From the NCBI RefSeq assembly GCF_037042905.1, contig NC_087251.1, positions 17,050,001 to 17,114,000 on the forward strand: a stretch of 64,000 bases of DNA, in the 5' to 3' direction. The notes beneath the pieces were generated by a model. The model had not been told where the DNA came from, did not search any database, and saw only the letters and a list, made by a program, of their open reading frames with translations. Shown in pieces: positions 44,451 through 58,554 of the stretch (the first letter of the stretch is position 1; each line of letters begins with the position of its first letter). Position numbers and translations under genes: made by a program. Source of the DNA: Lytechinus pictus (lineage: Eukaryota).

Positions 44451-47400
44451 TAGTCAGGGGCCTTAGGCCCATAATTTGAAGTTTTGGGGACAGAGTTTAC
44501 AAAAGCACCAAACTTTCCCTATGTCACTATTAGGTCAATAGCTTCATTTTTCCCCACAGAACATGGTGTTGAAAATTGCATCTTCATGCAAAAATATGCT
44601 AATTTATGTAAATTAGCAGTGATTAATTTATGCATGAAGCCATATGCCAATAGGAATTAATTAATAAAAGTTAGTAAAAAAGATACCAAACTTTAGGAAA
44701 GTCTCTATCAGGTCAATAGCTTTTATTTTTCCCACAGAACATGGTGTTGAAAATTGCATCTTCATACAAAAATATGCTAATTTATATAAATTAGCAGTAA
44801 TTTATGCATGAAGCCATATGCCAATAGGAATTAATTAATAAAAGTAAATAAAGACTAAAAGAGATACCAAACTTTAGGAAAGTCTCTTTCAGGTCAATAG
44901 CTTTAAATTTCCTTATCAAACATGATATTGAAAATTGTGTCTTCATGCAAAATAATGTTAATTTATGTAAATTAGCAGTTAATTTATGCATGAATAGTAA
45001 AAATTAATAAAAAGGAATAAAAATAAACCAAACTTAAAGAAAATCTCTATCAGATCGATAGCTTTAATTTTCCCTATCAAACGTGCTATTGAAAATTCCA
45101 TCTCCATGCAAAATATGCTAATTTATGTAAATTAGCACTTATTTCATATGTATAAATTAGTCCCATTCCAATGGATACTAACAGTGAAAAAGGGGCCAAA
45201 CTTTTGAAGTACCTCTATCAGCTCAAAAGCTTCAATTTTACCAGCAATATATTGACAGGAAAATTCAAAACTTTGGAGACACCCCACACCAAAGGCTATG
45301 TATACGGAGACATATAGCCATGTACTATCAGTTAAAGTCTGATTTTCCCAATAGCTATAAAGTATATATGGATCACAGTTCTTTGGGAAACAAAATGGTG
45401 TCCAAAAATCTCTTTCAAGTTGTGTAATAATCACATCATGGGCAATGTATACATAGGCATATTCTATAAATCTGTACATTATTACTATCTCCTTTCGGTT
45501 AGAGACCTATCCTATATTGTAATTAATTTGTTTGGATGTGAAGTAATGATTTTCAGTAAATATCAAAATCTGCAGCTTCACCGTGAGGAGGGATTGTAGA
45601 CCAAGATATAATTCAAGCAGCAAGCAACGCGTCTGATCGAGACTATACTTCAACCAGGGTTACACGAGAACCGAATTCTCCCTCATAAAGTTGGACTGAT
45701 TCTTCCCTAATATGGCCTGATTCGGATGAATTCGGTGGATGCGCAACCTATTCGTCTCTGATTCGGGGTGCTCACTGAATTAGAGACGATGAGGTCTGGA
45801 ATACGTCCCGTATCAGAGTAGAATCCCAAAGAATTTACCCGAATCAATATTGACTGTCCCGCATAAAGCCGTATGCCAACCCGAACAGTGGCAACAATCG
45901 AGCCAAAGGTGGCCAGAATCAAGCCGAATTTAGCCCGAATCCTCCGATTATTGCCAAATGACGACCTGAATAACGACCCGAATCGGAACAATTATGCCCG
46001 AATTCGCCAAGTATGCCACCGAATTTCCCGAAAATACCCCAGATTCTTTTGAAATGGGCTATAATAACCGATTCGGCAGCTATTCGGATGCCATTTTTCT
46101 ATTTTCTGGCCAATTCGTCTCACTCGTCTACATTCTTCTCTGTATTCGAGTAATGATTCGTACGATATGGGGAGGCAAGAGTCGGACCTTTACTCTACGA
46201 CTGATACGAATACGTCGTAATCTTCCCAGAATACCCCAAATGCCTCCCAAAATCCAACCGAATTCCATCGGAATACATCCCGAATGTGGCCCGAATGAAA
46301 TTTGTCATAGCCACATTCGGGAGTATTTTGGAGGTATTCGGCTGGTTTTGAACATTATCATAACGAGCCGAATTCCTCCAAGAATGTTCCCTAATTCCTC
46401 CTGAATATTCCTGCATTCGGGAGGGGAGAACAGAGTGCTCCAGAATTCATCCTTATGTGTATTTGCAGCTGATTTTAAGTAGGCAATCCGTTTCTAGACG
46501 ACAAACCAGAATAGGATGCAACTAAGGTAAACACTCTGCAAAACATTCGGAGGATAACCAAAGTACAGTCGCAAGAATACATCACGTCAGTCCTGGTTTA
46601 AGCTAGGATTACACCAAAACCAAATTCTCCCGAATAAATTCGGACTGATTCTGCCCGATTATGGCCTGATTCAGATGGATTAGGGGAGTTCCCCCAAATA
46701 GAGAAGAATGGGTCCGGAATATGTCCCGATTCAGCGCAGAATCGCCAAGAACTGACCAAATCAATTTTGGCCATCCCCCAAAAAGCAGAATGCCAACACG
46801 AATAGTGGCAAGAATCGACCCAAGCATGTCCAGAATCCAGCCGAATGTGACCTGATATCTCTGATTACAGCCAAAAGATAGCCTGAATGTTCGGGACAGT
46901 TATGTCCAGAATGATACAAATAGGTCCGAATCTGCCCAGAAAACTCTAAATGCCTCCCCTAATCCAACCGAATGTCACCCGAATAGATCCCAAATGTGGC
47001 CCGAATGAAATTTGTTGTGGTCATATTCGGGAGTATTCTGGGGGGTATTCGGCTGGTTTTGAACATTTCAAAATGAGCTGAATTCCTCAGCGAATGTTCC
47101 CGAATTTTCTCGCATTTACGAAGGCAAAACAGAATATTCCTGAAACCACCCGAATACGTATATGGATGGATTCGCAGCTGATTCGGTTCCATTCTAACCC
47201 TAACTTTAAGCAAGAGTTACACCAAATCCAAATTCTCCCGAAAAAAATTCGGACCAATTCTGCCCAAAATGGCCTGGATTCGGTACTTATTCATCTCCAA
47301 TTCGGGGAGCTCCCGGAATCAATTCGGAAGGATCCGGGACTATTCTGTTCTCCGTCCCCATATACGAAAACATTCGGGAACATTCGTGGAGGGATTCTGC

Positions 47401-48850
47401 TTGTCTTGAAATGTTTAAAACAAGCCGAATATCCTCCAAAATACTCCAAAATGTAGCCACGACAATTTTTTTTCGAGCCACATTCTGGATGTATTCGGAT
47501 GGAATTCGGTTGAGTTTGGGAAGGGAAATTTGGACAATTATTTTGGGAAGTCAATAGTGCTCTGATTCGGGACCTATTCCAGACCGATTCGACTCTGATT
47601 CGGTCTGAAATTGATTGGGAGAATTTGGTTTTGGTGTTACCCTAGTTTTAGTGATAGAGATCAATTCATAAGCCAATAAAGAAAAATCACTGAAATTATT
47701 CAGGTCACCGTCAACAAAGGGACGACAGAAAAAGAAGAATGATCAGGTCTCTTTGCTCAAATCTGATGTGTCCTTGTTTTCAAAATGTACATAGTTGCCA
47801 GAGGGGAAGACATGGACAGCTTTTACTGACATGAGAACCATCCATATACCCTCCTCTTTCTGACAGGGGAAAACTCAACTTGGGAAAGAAATCTAACCTT
47901 TTTAATTGCTTTGAAAAAAAAGGATAAAATACTGGTTTATCTTTTCCATATGATTTGGGTTTTTTTTTATTGTGAAAGGGGAATGCACAGGATTTATAAT
48001 TTGCATAAATTTGCATTTTAAACATGATACCCTCCTCTGGTCGCATGGAAAGTCACCATAATGAATGAATTGTTTAACAGTGTCTCATATGCATAGTGTT
48101 GCGCTCGTCCCTCGGTTTAAAACATCGAAATATGATAGTTAATGTGTTTTACACATATGTGCATAAATTTTGCATAAATTTGCATTAATTAACATTGAAA
48201 ATTGATTCTTATTCTGGAACTGTATCAATCTAGATTTGATGCCCCATCAAAATAAATCCCAAATCCCATCCCCTCCCCCCCCCCATAAAAAAAGGCTTCG
48301 AGAAAAGTTTAGATCTGTACTATACATATACAGTAATTTACGGTGAATTGTGTGATTTACATAATTTTGCATAAATTAGCACTATGAAATTGGATTCCAG
48401 TCATTGATATCGAGGTATCCTATCAAGAAATAATGCTTTTGGTACCAGTGACACATGTGGAAAAATAATTGTGATTTTGACAATTCTATATGTCGAGATA
48501 TGATAAAATATGTGTTTTTACATATAATTTGCATAAAATGTGCATAAATTAACCTTAAAAATTGATTCATACTCACCAATTTTATAAAAATCGACCTGCA
48601 GTTGAATATTTAGCAAAAGGAGACCCAAATACACAAAAATTGGGCATTTGAAAATTATTTTTAGTGAGATATGGTGAATTATGAGTTTTTTGCATAAAAT
48701 TTGCATAAGTTAGCATTTTAAAATAGGGTGCCCTTCACCGATTTCGAGACACCCTATCTAGAATTAATGCTTTTGATAACAGGGACCCACATGCAAAAAA
48801 TGGCGCTTTTGTAAATTCTGTCCCCAAAATTTTGCTAAGGCCCCTGACTA
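44451..48850. mobile_element. 4.4-kb non-autonomous DNA transposon with TIRs and subterminal tandem repeats
   Basis: Perfect 16-bp TIR TAGTCAGGGGCCTTAG / CTAAGGCCCCTGACTA, plus an inverted TTTTGGGGACAGA(G/A)TTTACAAAAGC. ~175-bp tandem units at 44500-45250 and inverted TGCATAAATT(A/T)GCA-rich units at 47990-48720. No transposase ORF seen. Confidence 0.8.
45655..47645. mobile_element. CCGAAT/ATTCGG-rich TIR elements (three left ends, one right end) inside the 4.4-kb element
   Basis: Head TTACACCAAAACCAAATTCTCCC and variants at ~45660, 46609 and 47217. The reverse complement GGGAGAATTTGGTTTTGGTGTTACC ends at 47641. CTAG flanks at 46603 and 47642. Confidence 0.65.
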
Positions 48851-49113
48851 TTTTGCATAAAACAAAAGAAACCGCTAAGAAACTCACTCATCACCACGGA
48901 AAAAAAGAACAGTGACTTTCAATATTGTGTCATTTTGCAGCTTTTGAATTTTGGCCTTGCCCCACATTTCAAGGCACTGCACCTCCATGTGAACCATAAT
49001 CATATCATGTAGGGTACAATTTTAAAGAAAATTAAATTATCTTTTTAGTAACATGAATTATGCATTGTGTAAAATAGGATATATATACATGTTGTACATG
49101 TATAACTTCACAC

Positions 49114-49151
<38 letters not shown>

Positions 49152-50109
49152 GAAATAGTCTGCTTCGGCATATGGAATAAAATAATCACAAATACTTTAG
49201 TAAATGCCGTAGAAATAAAATCGTAGATTTTAAAAGGAGCATAGCTTTCAAAAATGAAAGGTAAAGTCACACTCTTCGTCAGTGCCCATGATGTGACAAA
49301 AAAAGAGAATTCAAAATCCGTTTATATAAATATATATTATGTATGTATGTATTATGTATGTGTGTGTGTATGTATGTGTGTATGTAGATATGTATGCATA
49401 TTATTCTAGGTCACATTTCATAGACCAAGCTCCATCATAAAGCTAAATTATTTGAAAAATAGACAGAAATTTTAAAGAATAATGAATACCGATGTGAAAC
49501 AATTTTGTCATGTAATTTCAAGGTTTTTATTTTATTTGTATTCGACGCGATCTCGATTATTCGAATATTCTTATATTTTGATATAGATATTTTTATTCAT
49601 TTAATATCAATAATTCGAATCGATGATCGTTTTCACATTCCGGGAAGCTTTTACATTGAAATGTTGATTTCCTTGACCACATCATTCAACTACTCACTTT
49701 GGCTTGTTGTTATGAAACTACGTGATTTTGAATGAAGCTTAGTTAGTTATGCTTTCATTAAATATGTGGCATATATCTATGTCAAATACACCGTGACGCC
49801 ACCTGATTTCCAATTCATTATGGTCCATTTCCAGTATTCAAAATGGATATTTAGTAAAAGCTCTTATTGTTGCCTTTTTGTAAGTTGTCGATGTGGATCA
49901 AAGTTGAATAAATCTTTACGGAACTCACTGGAAAAAAAATGTGCGATCTTTGAGCTTTAATTATCCTTGTTGCGTAAGTCTAAGTTTACCAATAGGCCTA
50001 AACTTTATACTCTGTTATCCCTCCTAGCCAAATACTCTAGTAAACACAACGATTTGCCAGAGTATCATGCTATTGAATACAAGACGCATCTCAATCGGAG
50101 TGTTTCAAG

Positions 50110-53100
50110 ATGGATCTGCTACGAATTTCGTTAGTGTTTTCTTGTCTATTGATTCCAGTGATTGGACTCGACGACGACCCAGAGTTCGTTTATCCTGATC
50201 GTTTCAACGACCCTGATCGAGATGCTTTCCTTTACGACACCTTCCCCGAAGGTTTCATTTGGAGTTCAGCGACGTCCTCGTACCAGATCGAAGGAGCTTG
50301 GGATACAGATGGGAAAGGAGAAAGTATTTGGGATAGATTCACTCATGTAGGAGGAAACGTCTACAACAACGATACAGGAGATATAGCCTGCGACAGCTAT
50401 CATAAGTAAGAAGATAAAAAAGTTTTGAAAGTGTTGAGAAAAAATATACCCAATATGGAAGAAAAAGGGACATGCATTATGTGAAGTAAAAAGTAAATGT
50501 AATGTGTGAATTTTCACCCAACATTGCCCGAAATTTACACAGCATCAGGGGATAATTTACGCAGCAAACATACATGAATGTTTACTCTTAAACAAATATT
50601 CTTTGAATCTTTTTAGATGTATCGGTCTACTTTTGATATCCCTTGACCACATTGTATACGCCAAATTTCGTTGTTGCGTAACACTCTCAGAAAAACAAGG
50701 ACAAAGTTCTCGTCACCATGGTGAACGCAAGCACATAGAAAAAATACGTCGACTCATCTACTCATCTTGTTTTTTAGGGTATGTGTATTGGTAATTTTTG
50801 GTGTCCCGGGATTTTTCATAATAATTTGCAATGTATGCTATCCCAAATAACCTCTTTCATGATTGTATAAGAGGGGGAAATCGGAGGGTGATGGAAGTCA
50901 TAACAGACAATAAAGAAATCGTGGGTGAGGTCGATACAATAAGGGACACTCAGGAAGACAGTACGGCAAATAAAGAGAGTACAATATTCATTGAGAAGTT
51001 TGGTTCAGTTCTCTTGAAATCAGGAAAAGCATAGAGTACGAAATAATAAATCAAAACACCTTTCGAACAGTAGGCTAGTTTGTTGATTCAGTACATTGAC
51101 ACATTACAAATCCTTGTAAAATATATAATAGGTACAAGGAGGATGTTGCTCTGATGAAAGCGATGGGTCTCAAGTATTATCGCTTCTCAATCTCTTGGCC
51201 TCGAGTTCTTCCTGATGGTACTCTCAACAGCGTCAATGAAGCTGGCATCGCTTACTACAACAACCTGATCGACGAGCTCCGAGAGAACGACATCACACCC
51301 ATGGTCACTCTCTACCACTGGGATCTACCGCAGGCATTGCAGGACGTCGGTGGCTGGGCCAACGATACCATCATCGATCACTTCAATGACTACGCAGAAC
51401 TATGCTATCAAAGATTTGGTAGCCGTGTTCCTTTCTGGATTACATTCAATGAGCCGTGGATAGTCACTCTCCTAGGTCATGCAATCGGGTACTTTGCCCC
51501 AGGAGTAACAGAAGATGGTACAACCATCTATGTGGTGGCTCATAACATCATCAGGTCACACGCAAGGGCGTGGCATACATACGATGATACCTACAGGCAA
51601 CTACAGGTGAGCCATCTTCTGAATTGTAGAATCTTGGAGATTTCGGATCAGCATGGTCCAGCAAAGGTTTCATGCAGCGGTTTCAAACGGTTTTAACAGT
51701 ATTAATTTTGTTTCTGTCTTGAAATTCTATTAAAATACTTTCGAAATCTTTAATGATCCTAAGAATGTTTTGATAATTTTCTTGAGCTCTCGTAATAATA
51801 TATTTGAGGTATACACTGAGACATGTAAATAACCAATACTCAAGATAATAGCGAACCTAGGTTTACAATAGGATAATTGCGTATTACAATAATTGATGTC
51901 AAGAGACACAAAATATTTGTACATTTATTTCGTCTACCTTTTAATTTTCCGGTTGCATTATAGAATGGTCAAGTCGGCATCACATTGAACTCGGATCATG
52001 TAGAACCTTATGATCCAACCAATCAAGATCATGTCGACGCTGCTGATCGATGTTTACAGTTTCACTTTGGTTGGTGGGCCAATCCAATCTTTAAGAACGG
52101 TGACTACCCAGATATCATGAAGACATCTATTGCGAGAAAGAGTGCTGCTCAAGGTTTCGCCACGTCCAGACTCCCTGAGTTCACCGAAGAAGAGAAGGAA
52201 TATAACAGAGGTGAGAATAATTGCCCTGGCTTGGGGTTTGTCGGGGGAGTATAAAGATCCAGTCATGGGCATAATTGTCGGGGCCGGGTCCAATATGATT
52301 TTGATGACGTCTACGATCTAAACTTTAATTGAATCAATAATCAATCATGCGTCACGTCATCTTCATCGTCCACTCCTAAATCTAAAATGACGTGCTCTTA
52401 TTTTCACGCCATCTCGTTGTACGATCTAAAGATTCCCCCACCATCTATGTTGAAATCTGTAGTCAACAGGGGCACTCGACTACGATGACATCCAAGATCA
52501 TTGGACTTGGATGGCATCCATTCTATACTTTCTAAAAGTGTAAAATGACATAATCCATTTTGCTCTGCTCTTGTCTAAGGTACGGCTGATTTCTTTGGTC
52601 TGAACCAGTACACAACCCTCTATGCGAACAACACACCTGAAGATGACACCAGCCCACCTGGTTACCTTAAGGATCGTAATGTTCTGACCTTCGTGGATGA
52701 TGACTGGGAGACTGCGGGATCATCATGGTTAAAGATTGTTCCATGGGGCATTCGAAACATTCTCAAATGGATCGATTCGCAGTATCAGGTGCCCATCTAC
52801 GTCACAGAAAATGGTGTATCCACGCATGATGTGTTTGAACTTGATGACGTCATCAGACAGAAGTACTACAGGGCATATATCAATGAGGTCCTTAAAGGTA
52901 TAACAAATACTTTTTTTAGGATTGCAGTGACTCACTCCTACAAAATAATTTTTCGTATTCACATTCTGTAAATCAACATATTCTAGATTCTTTCTGTGCT
53001 CCTTTCTTCCCGCCTGTCTGTTTTTCATTCATTATTTTCTTCCTTTTTCCCCCAGCTTTATTTTCTTTTATGTCGTCTTAATGTTTGATAGTGTCGAAAT

Positions 53101-53747
53101 TGATTGTAACAGAGCAATGACATATGCAGCCTCCAACAACGTCCTTTTGTACATCATTTTGACCCTGTCTTATATTCCAGTGGTGTAGGACGCATGCCTC
53201 ATAAATGGCAGATCGTGGTTCGATGGAAACATTGCCTTTGGTGATGGGGCTATATAAAACGATTCCTTGAGATTTCTATAGTCATTTTTAAGAGGGCGAG
53301 GCGAACCTCTCTCATAGGCTACTATTCGAAATTCTAGCCCCCCCCCCCCCAGATCACCACCCATGGTTAATCGTTTTCTTTTGGTAAACAATTGTTAATA
53401 TTCTTATCATCTTAATTATGTAATGTTTCATCCTAGCAATCAAATTGGATGGCGTTGATGTAAGAGGCTACACTGCATGGTCACTTTTAGACAACTTTGA
53501 ATGGGCCTCTGGGTACAGTGAAAGGTTTGGGATGCACTACGTCGACTTCGATGATCCAGAGCGACCTCGAACGCCAAAGAGATCTGTCTCTGTATACTCC
53601 AAGATCATCGCTGACAATGGGTTCATCAAAGAGGTACCTACGACCCCTCCAACAGAATACACAACTGCAAGTGCGCCATCTCTCAGCACGCTGAGTGTAA
53701 TCATGGGCCTCTGTTTCTGCGCTCTCGCAAACATCTTGACGAAATAA
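50110..53747 (+). CDS. GH1-5: LPH-like beta-glucosidase with signal peptide and GPI-like C-terminus, 548 aa
   Basis: Exons 50110-50405, 51132-51606, 51964-52210, 52580-52897, 53437-53747 (1647 nt). Signal peptide [19 protein letters not shown]; WITFNEP and YVTENG intact; ends with a Thr/Pro stalk, then [26 protein letters not shown]. Confidence 0.93.
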
Positions 53748-56700
53748 AACTTTGTTAACACCTCGTTCCCACTGTTGTACTGTACATCCGTTGGGACTGG
53801 TTTTTCTAGCTAATCGCGAAAATTCTTGAGCCGCCCAAATCTTTTATCTCCAAAAACAAAGATTGCCATGACTGACTTCAAGATCTGGTAAGATCTGCCA
53901 CGATCACTATATACGGTTACTCCACGAATTAGAACACGGTTTCAATCGGAGTGCGAATCGTGATAGTGGGAAATAGGTATAAGCAGTTCAAAGGTAATAA
54001 CAATCGTTTTCATAATATCAAGCAGAACAATCGCCAGTCATATTGATAAACATTGATCATGCATAATTGGAATAAAATTTGAATCTATTATGATGGTCAT
54101 TTTGGATCTAATGTTTATTACTGTTTGTGGAAAAACAAGCAGGGGTGAGCTACAATAAGAGGGGGAGAGTGATTTATCTTGTAAACAGAGGTGTTAGATG
54201 TTAGAAACGACGAGAAGGGGGGGGGGTTGAGAAAGACTGGAGTGGAGAAGGTAGAAGAGGGGATGAGTTGGTGTAGAGAGGGGTGAGGGTTGTGGTGAAG
54301 GCGTTTTCGTTGGAAGGAAAAAAAAGGATGATAGAGATTGAGAGAGAGGCGCTAGAGGAAAGGGGTTATGGAGGGAGGGGTGATGATTGAGACAAGGAAA
54401 GAGGGAAATCAGACTTGAAATGGAGAGGGAAGTAGGGAAAGATAGACAGACGATGAGAAATGAAGTAGGGATAACTGGAGAGGGGGAGGGGCAGAGAGAT
54501 ATCGAGAGAGAGAAAAAATGTGCTAAAGTCTTCTTTCATCTTGGCTTTTAGTATTTAAGTTTTATTCTTATTTCCTATTTTATCATGGTAATTGGGGCAT
54601 AATAGTTTTAAAGGCACATTTAAAGGGTAATTTTATAAGAGGGAGTTGGCATTGTTTGAGTGAAGAGATACATGTTAGATGGTAGGCCCTATGACAGGAG
54701 TGGCTTTGAGAGAGAAAATATATAAGAGGGGGAGGCAGAGATTGAGGGGCAAGAGGGATAGAGAGAGATTTAAAAAAAATTGAAAGTTAGTAATTCAGCA
54801 TTGGTATGAATTATAGATTTATGTATGCATATGCGATGACTAAGAGGGCGCTAAACTAGTAAAGATCACAGACCACGGGCCTAAACATTTCCAATAGACT
54901 CGTGTGTTAAAGTGGCACTTATAAGAAATTCACTAAAAATTAGGACGAAATTCGGGGGTCGAATGTTTACTACCAATGGATATGATATATATATATATAT
55001 ATCTGACAATCCATATCTGACCAGAAAAGGGTCCCTCGACAGGCTCATTTTAAAAATAAATCGGCATTTATAAAGGCATCTCCTAAGGGATCAGATTCAT
55101 CACCTGAAACAGTAAAACAGCCCTTATCCTTCCGCCAGTCAAAATATTGTTCCAAAGTTGCTGATATTTCTTCCCAATTTAGGAAAAGGATGTTCAGTAA
55201 ATTACCAAAAATAGAATCAGTGTTAGATGGACAATCATATTCATACACTTTGTCAATCAGCCATATCAGAATATAAAAAAATGAGAATGGGTTGGTTCGA
55301 ATGAATATCTGCTGCCTTCACGTTGTTAGTAGGCCAGTTTGACCTTAAATCAGTGACTTATTATTTGACGCACGGGGCAAAAATGAAACTTGCCAACCCC
55401 CTACCCGACTGCAATAACTTCATCTTCTTTATGTTATAAAAAATAGGGCAAAGCGACGAAGCGTCGAAATTTGATTCAAATTTTGATTCGTAAAACATAA
55501 TATCTCGAAATAAAATAAATATATACAGGTATATTAAACGGTAATTAAGTGGTAAACGTCAATATTAAACGGTAAAGATTGTAAAAAAAATGATATTAAT
55601 AAACAGTTAGCTTGGTTTCTAGTTTGAAAGATTTGGAGTAAAATTAACGAATTACTTCATAATTAAACGAGACCTTATTTTTAATTAGCCACGGCAACAA
55701 ATTTGTTTAGACTTAAAAAGCTGTGAAATCTTAAAAGATCCCGAAGAGAAACATTCGTGGATGAGTAGCGAAGTGACAAAGCGCAAGTCATTTGGATATT
55801 TTGATCCTATACAGATTACAGAAAATTAATTTATAGACCATTTACCTTGTGTATGATAAAGATTGTTATTTTTCTGTATTTCACATTTTCTGTTTCTCCT
55901 TTGTATTTCCCGCGCCCGAAAAAATGCCCTCAGAGGGTAAATGTTTTTGCAAACTCAGTACCCTGATTACGACAATTAAAATAGTGGTTACAGAAGACAG
56001 GGCGCGAAATTTGACGATTCTGAAAGGAATCATGCAATTAAACAAAGCGACCGAGCTTTACAAATTGTTATCCTTATTAGCCTCAAAAGTCTAGTTCTTA
56101 TTATTCATCTTCAAGTGGATATATATGTATACACTAAAAACATATTTAAATGTTTTTATAGTTTAAAGGGTTGTGAGAATGTAAGGAAATCTTCTGTATT
56201 CGACTTTATGGTTTATGTGGTGATTGGTGCTTTATAGTGCGGTCAGTTAGACCCATCCTGTTTTGACTGCAGACCAAAAATCTACTTTGAGCTTTTATTG
56301 TAGACACATGATATGATTGTTTCCTGAATGTAGGCTATAACGGATTTCCTCGAGTATTTCTCTCACTATGAATTAACGTCTACGGGACATCAAAGCAGTA
56401 GTCTTGAATGGTTTTCCAGTTTGGGCTTTAAAAATAATAAAGCGGGAAAAAAATGAAAAAGGGGCATCCATCGGATTAGATAATGAAATGTAGGTGTTTC
56501 CATGTGATCTTAATCTTTTATTAACAGAAATTCCATTATATGGAATATTTTTTTATATTGAAAACAAAGTCTAAGAATTATACTACACTGGTAACATAAT
56601 GAGCGTGCTAGTTCAAACTAAATTGCGTGCAAAACAAATGCGTATTTCATTTAAACCAGTATAGGTTACCAACTTAATAGGTTGGTTATCAATTCTTATG

Positions 56701-57019
56701 AAGAGTATAAGAATGATAAAACTTGAAAAGTTAACTAAGCTTTAATATCTCAACCAATCAAATTAATTTACCTGTGGGATTTTAGTAATGGAGCTAAGAA
56801 CAAATTAACACTGGTATATTGATGATGAAAGTTGGTACCCATTTATGGTCGGTTGGAATGGAGAGGTAAACTGAGAGAAAATGGATTCGAAGGAGTGTTA
56901 TTACTTTGGCCTGCACTTGATTATAATATTACTGGTTCCCTTTTTATAGCTAGGCCTATCGTTATTAGGGCAAGAAAAAATGATGGTTTGTAGCTGTTGC
57001 TTGTTTAAGTTTGGCTCTT

Positions 57020-57084
57020 TGATTGATTGATTGGTTGGTTGGTTGCTTGGTTGGTTGATTGATTGATTGATTGATTGATTGATT
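57020..57084. repeat. (GATT)n/(GGTT)n microsatellite
   Basis: Seen directly. Confidence 0.9.
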
Positions 57085-58554
57085 TGTAATATATATAAAT
57101 CTTTATGTATATTACAAATAAATAATTTAGTAGCAGTATAGGCATTGAATCAATAATTTCAACAAAACGTATTACTCATTAAACAAAATGACAATTAAGT
57201 AATGCAGGAGACCTCCACCGTGAACGATTAGGCTAGATATTGATGACGGCCACGTAAAAAGGTACATATTTTTTCATTTATTTCTTCATTGTTCTACTCA
57301 TGACACAATATCTAACACTCTGCGTTGTATGCTGACGTCAAGTTTGATTGAATAATATAAAAAAAGGGAGTTGGTCCCATATCTAGCTTTACCTTGGTAT
57401 CCAGAAGACTCATATCATGGTTATGAACTTATGACGGCCGCGCCCACAATCTCTCCAAGGATTCTTGAACAGCGCCCTCATTTACTGCTCTCTGAGCAGT
57501 GATTGTAGTGCACTGATACCTGAAATGTCACTGTACTAATTACCATGATTAGAAGTTTGTCTTTGATGAATATACCTTGTTCTTCGTACCTTGAAATTCT
57601 CATCAATCTGATTCATTAAAGTGTCATGCACTGTTGGTATGAATTATTTTCATTGAAATCGGTGCGATCTCATTACGTGTGCAAATACATGTAGGAGAGA
57701 ATGCAAACGATAAAGCAATTAGATAGAGGGCTTTCCTGTCTGGTATCCTATATAAACGCTTCAACTGACAATGATTTCCTGATGAAAATTGCAAAATTGG
57801 TGACCCGCTTCTTTTATCATAGCCGAAAGTGCTCTACGTGGGAGTGATTTGATATAAACATAAGCGTCTATCTGTAGGTATTCCCCCATCATTGTAGAAT
57901 TTAATGTCAAAATAAATAATAAAGTATGTATCTGTAAACAAGAACATACATGTGTAGTCGAACAATGAAACTACCACCATGCCAGGCCAATGCGATCGTC
58001 ATTTTGTGCCCTCCTACCCATCCCGAAAAAAAAGGAAAATCCTGGATCCATCCATAGGTCAGACTGAGGCAATGTGTCGAATAAAAAATAGACGAAACGG
58101 ATGTCGAGGGTGTGATCTTCATTTCGACTGGAAGGAAGGGGAAGAGGAAGGTGAATAGGCCTTTGAAGTTAAAATAAATAACGATGGAGACGACAACGAT
58201 GACGACTAAGACAACAAGTATACAACGCAAATGTGAAAACAGACTGAGCACCCCCGCGTCTGCGTATGATTTGGTTTATCAAACTTCAAATAGAAAAGGA
58301 TGGTGTTTTTCGATTATTTCAAAGCTATTACTCTAAAGAACAACTATCATTGCTATTTTGATTAAAGACAATACAATCCTAATGAAAATTCATACAAAAT
58401 TAGTTTAGAATTATTGCAAAATATAGCAAGGTAATTTTCTTTCCTTCATTTTCATTGTGACTTCATTTTAACGAGCAAACAGGCTTTTTTCCCAGCTAAA
58501 TGCTCACACAAAGGTGTTAAAAATTTGCTCTCATTCTATGCTAGTCTACATATA

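Larger units (their letters stand above)
43733..49042. mobile_element. Outer long-TIR MITE hosting nested insertions
   Basis: 43733-43916 is the reverse complement of 48859-49042 (~184 bp, about a dozen mismatches by eye). Confidence 0.8.

Noticed and set aside
44500-45250. CRISPR-like regularly spaced repeats
   Set aside because: Eukaryotic context, whole ~175-bp units repeat with no unique spacers, and no cas genes.
45707-47554. Multiple ORFs on both strands
   Set aside because: By-products of CCGAAT-rich repetitive DNA; no protein motif.
55045-55248. 67-aa minus-strand ORF
   Set aside because: Non-ATG start, no recognisable domain and no splice context.
54838-57485. CTCF-like AGAGGGCGCT motifs at ~54843 and ~57470
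   Set aside because: Partial matches only; an insulator call cannot be supported from sequence alone.
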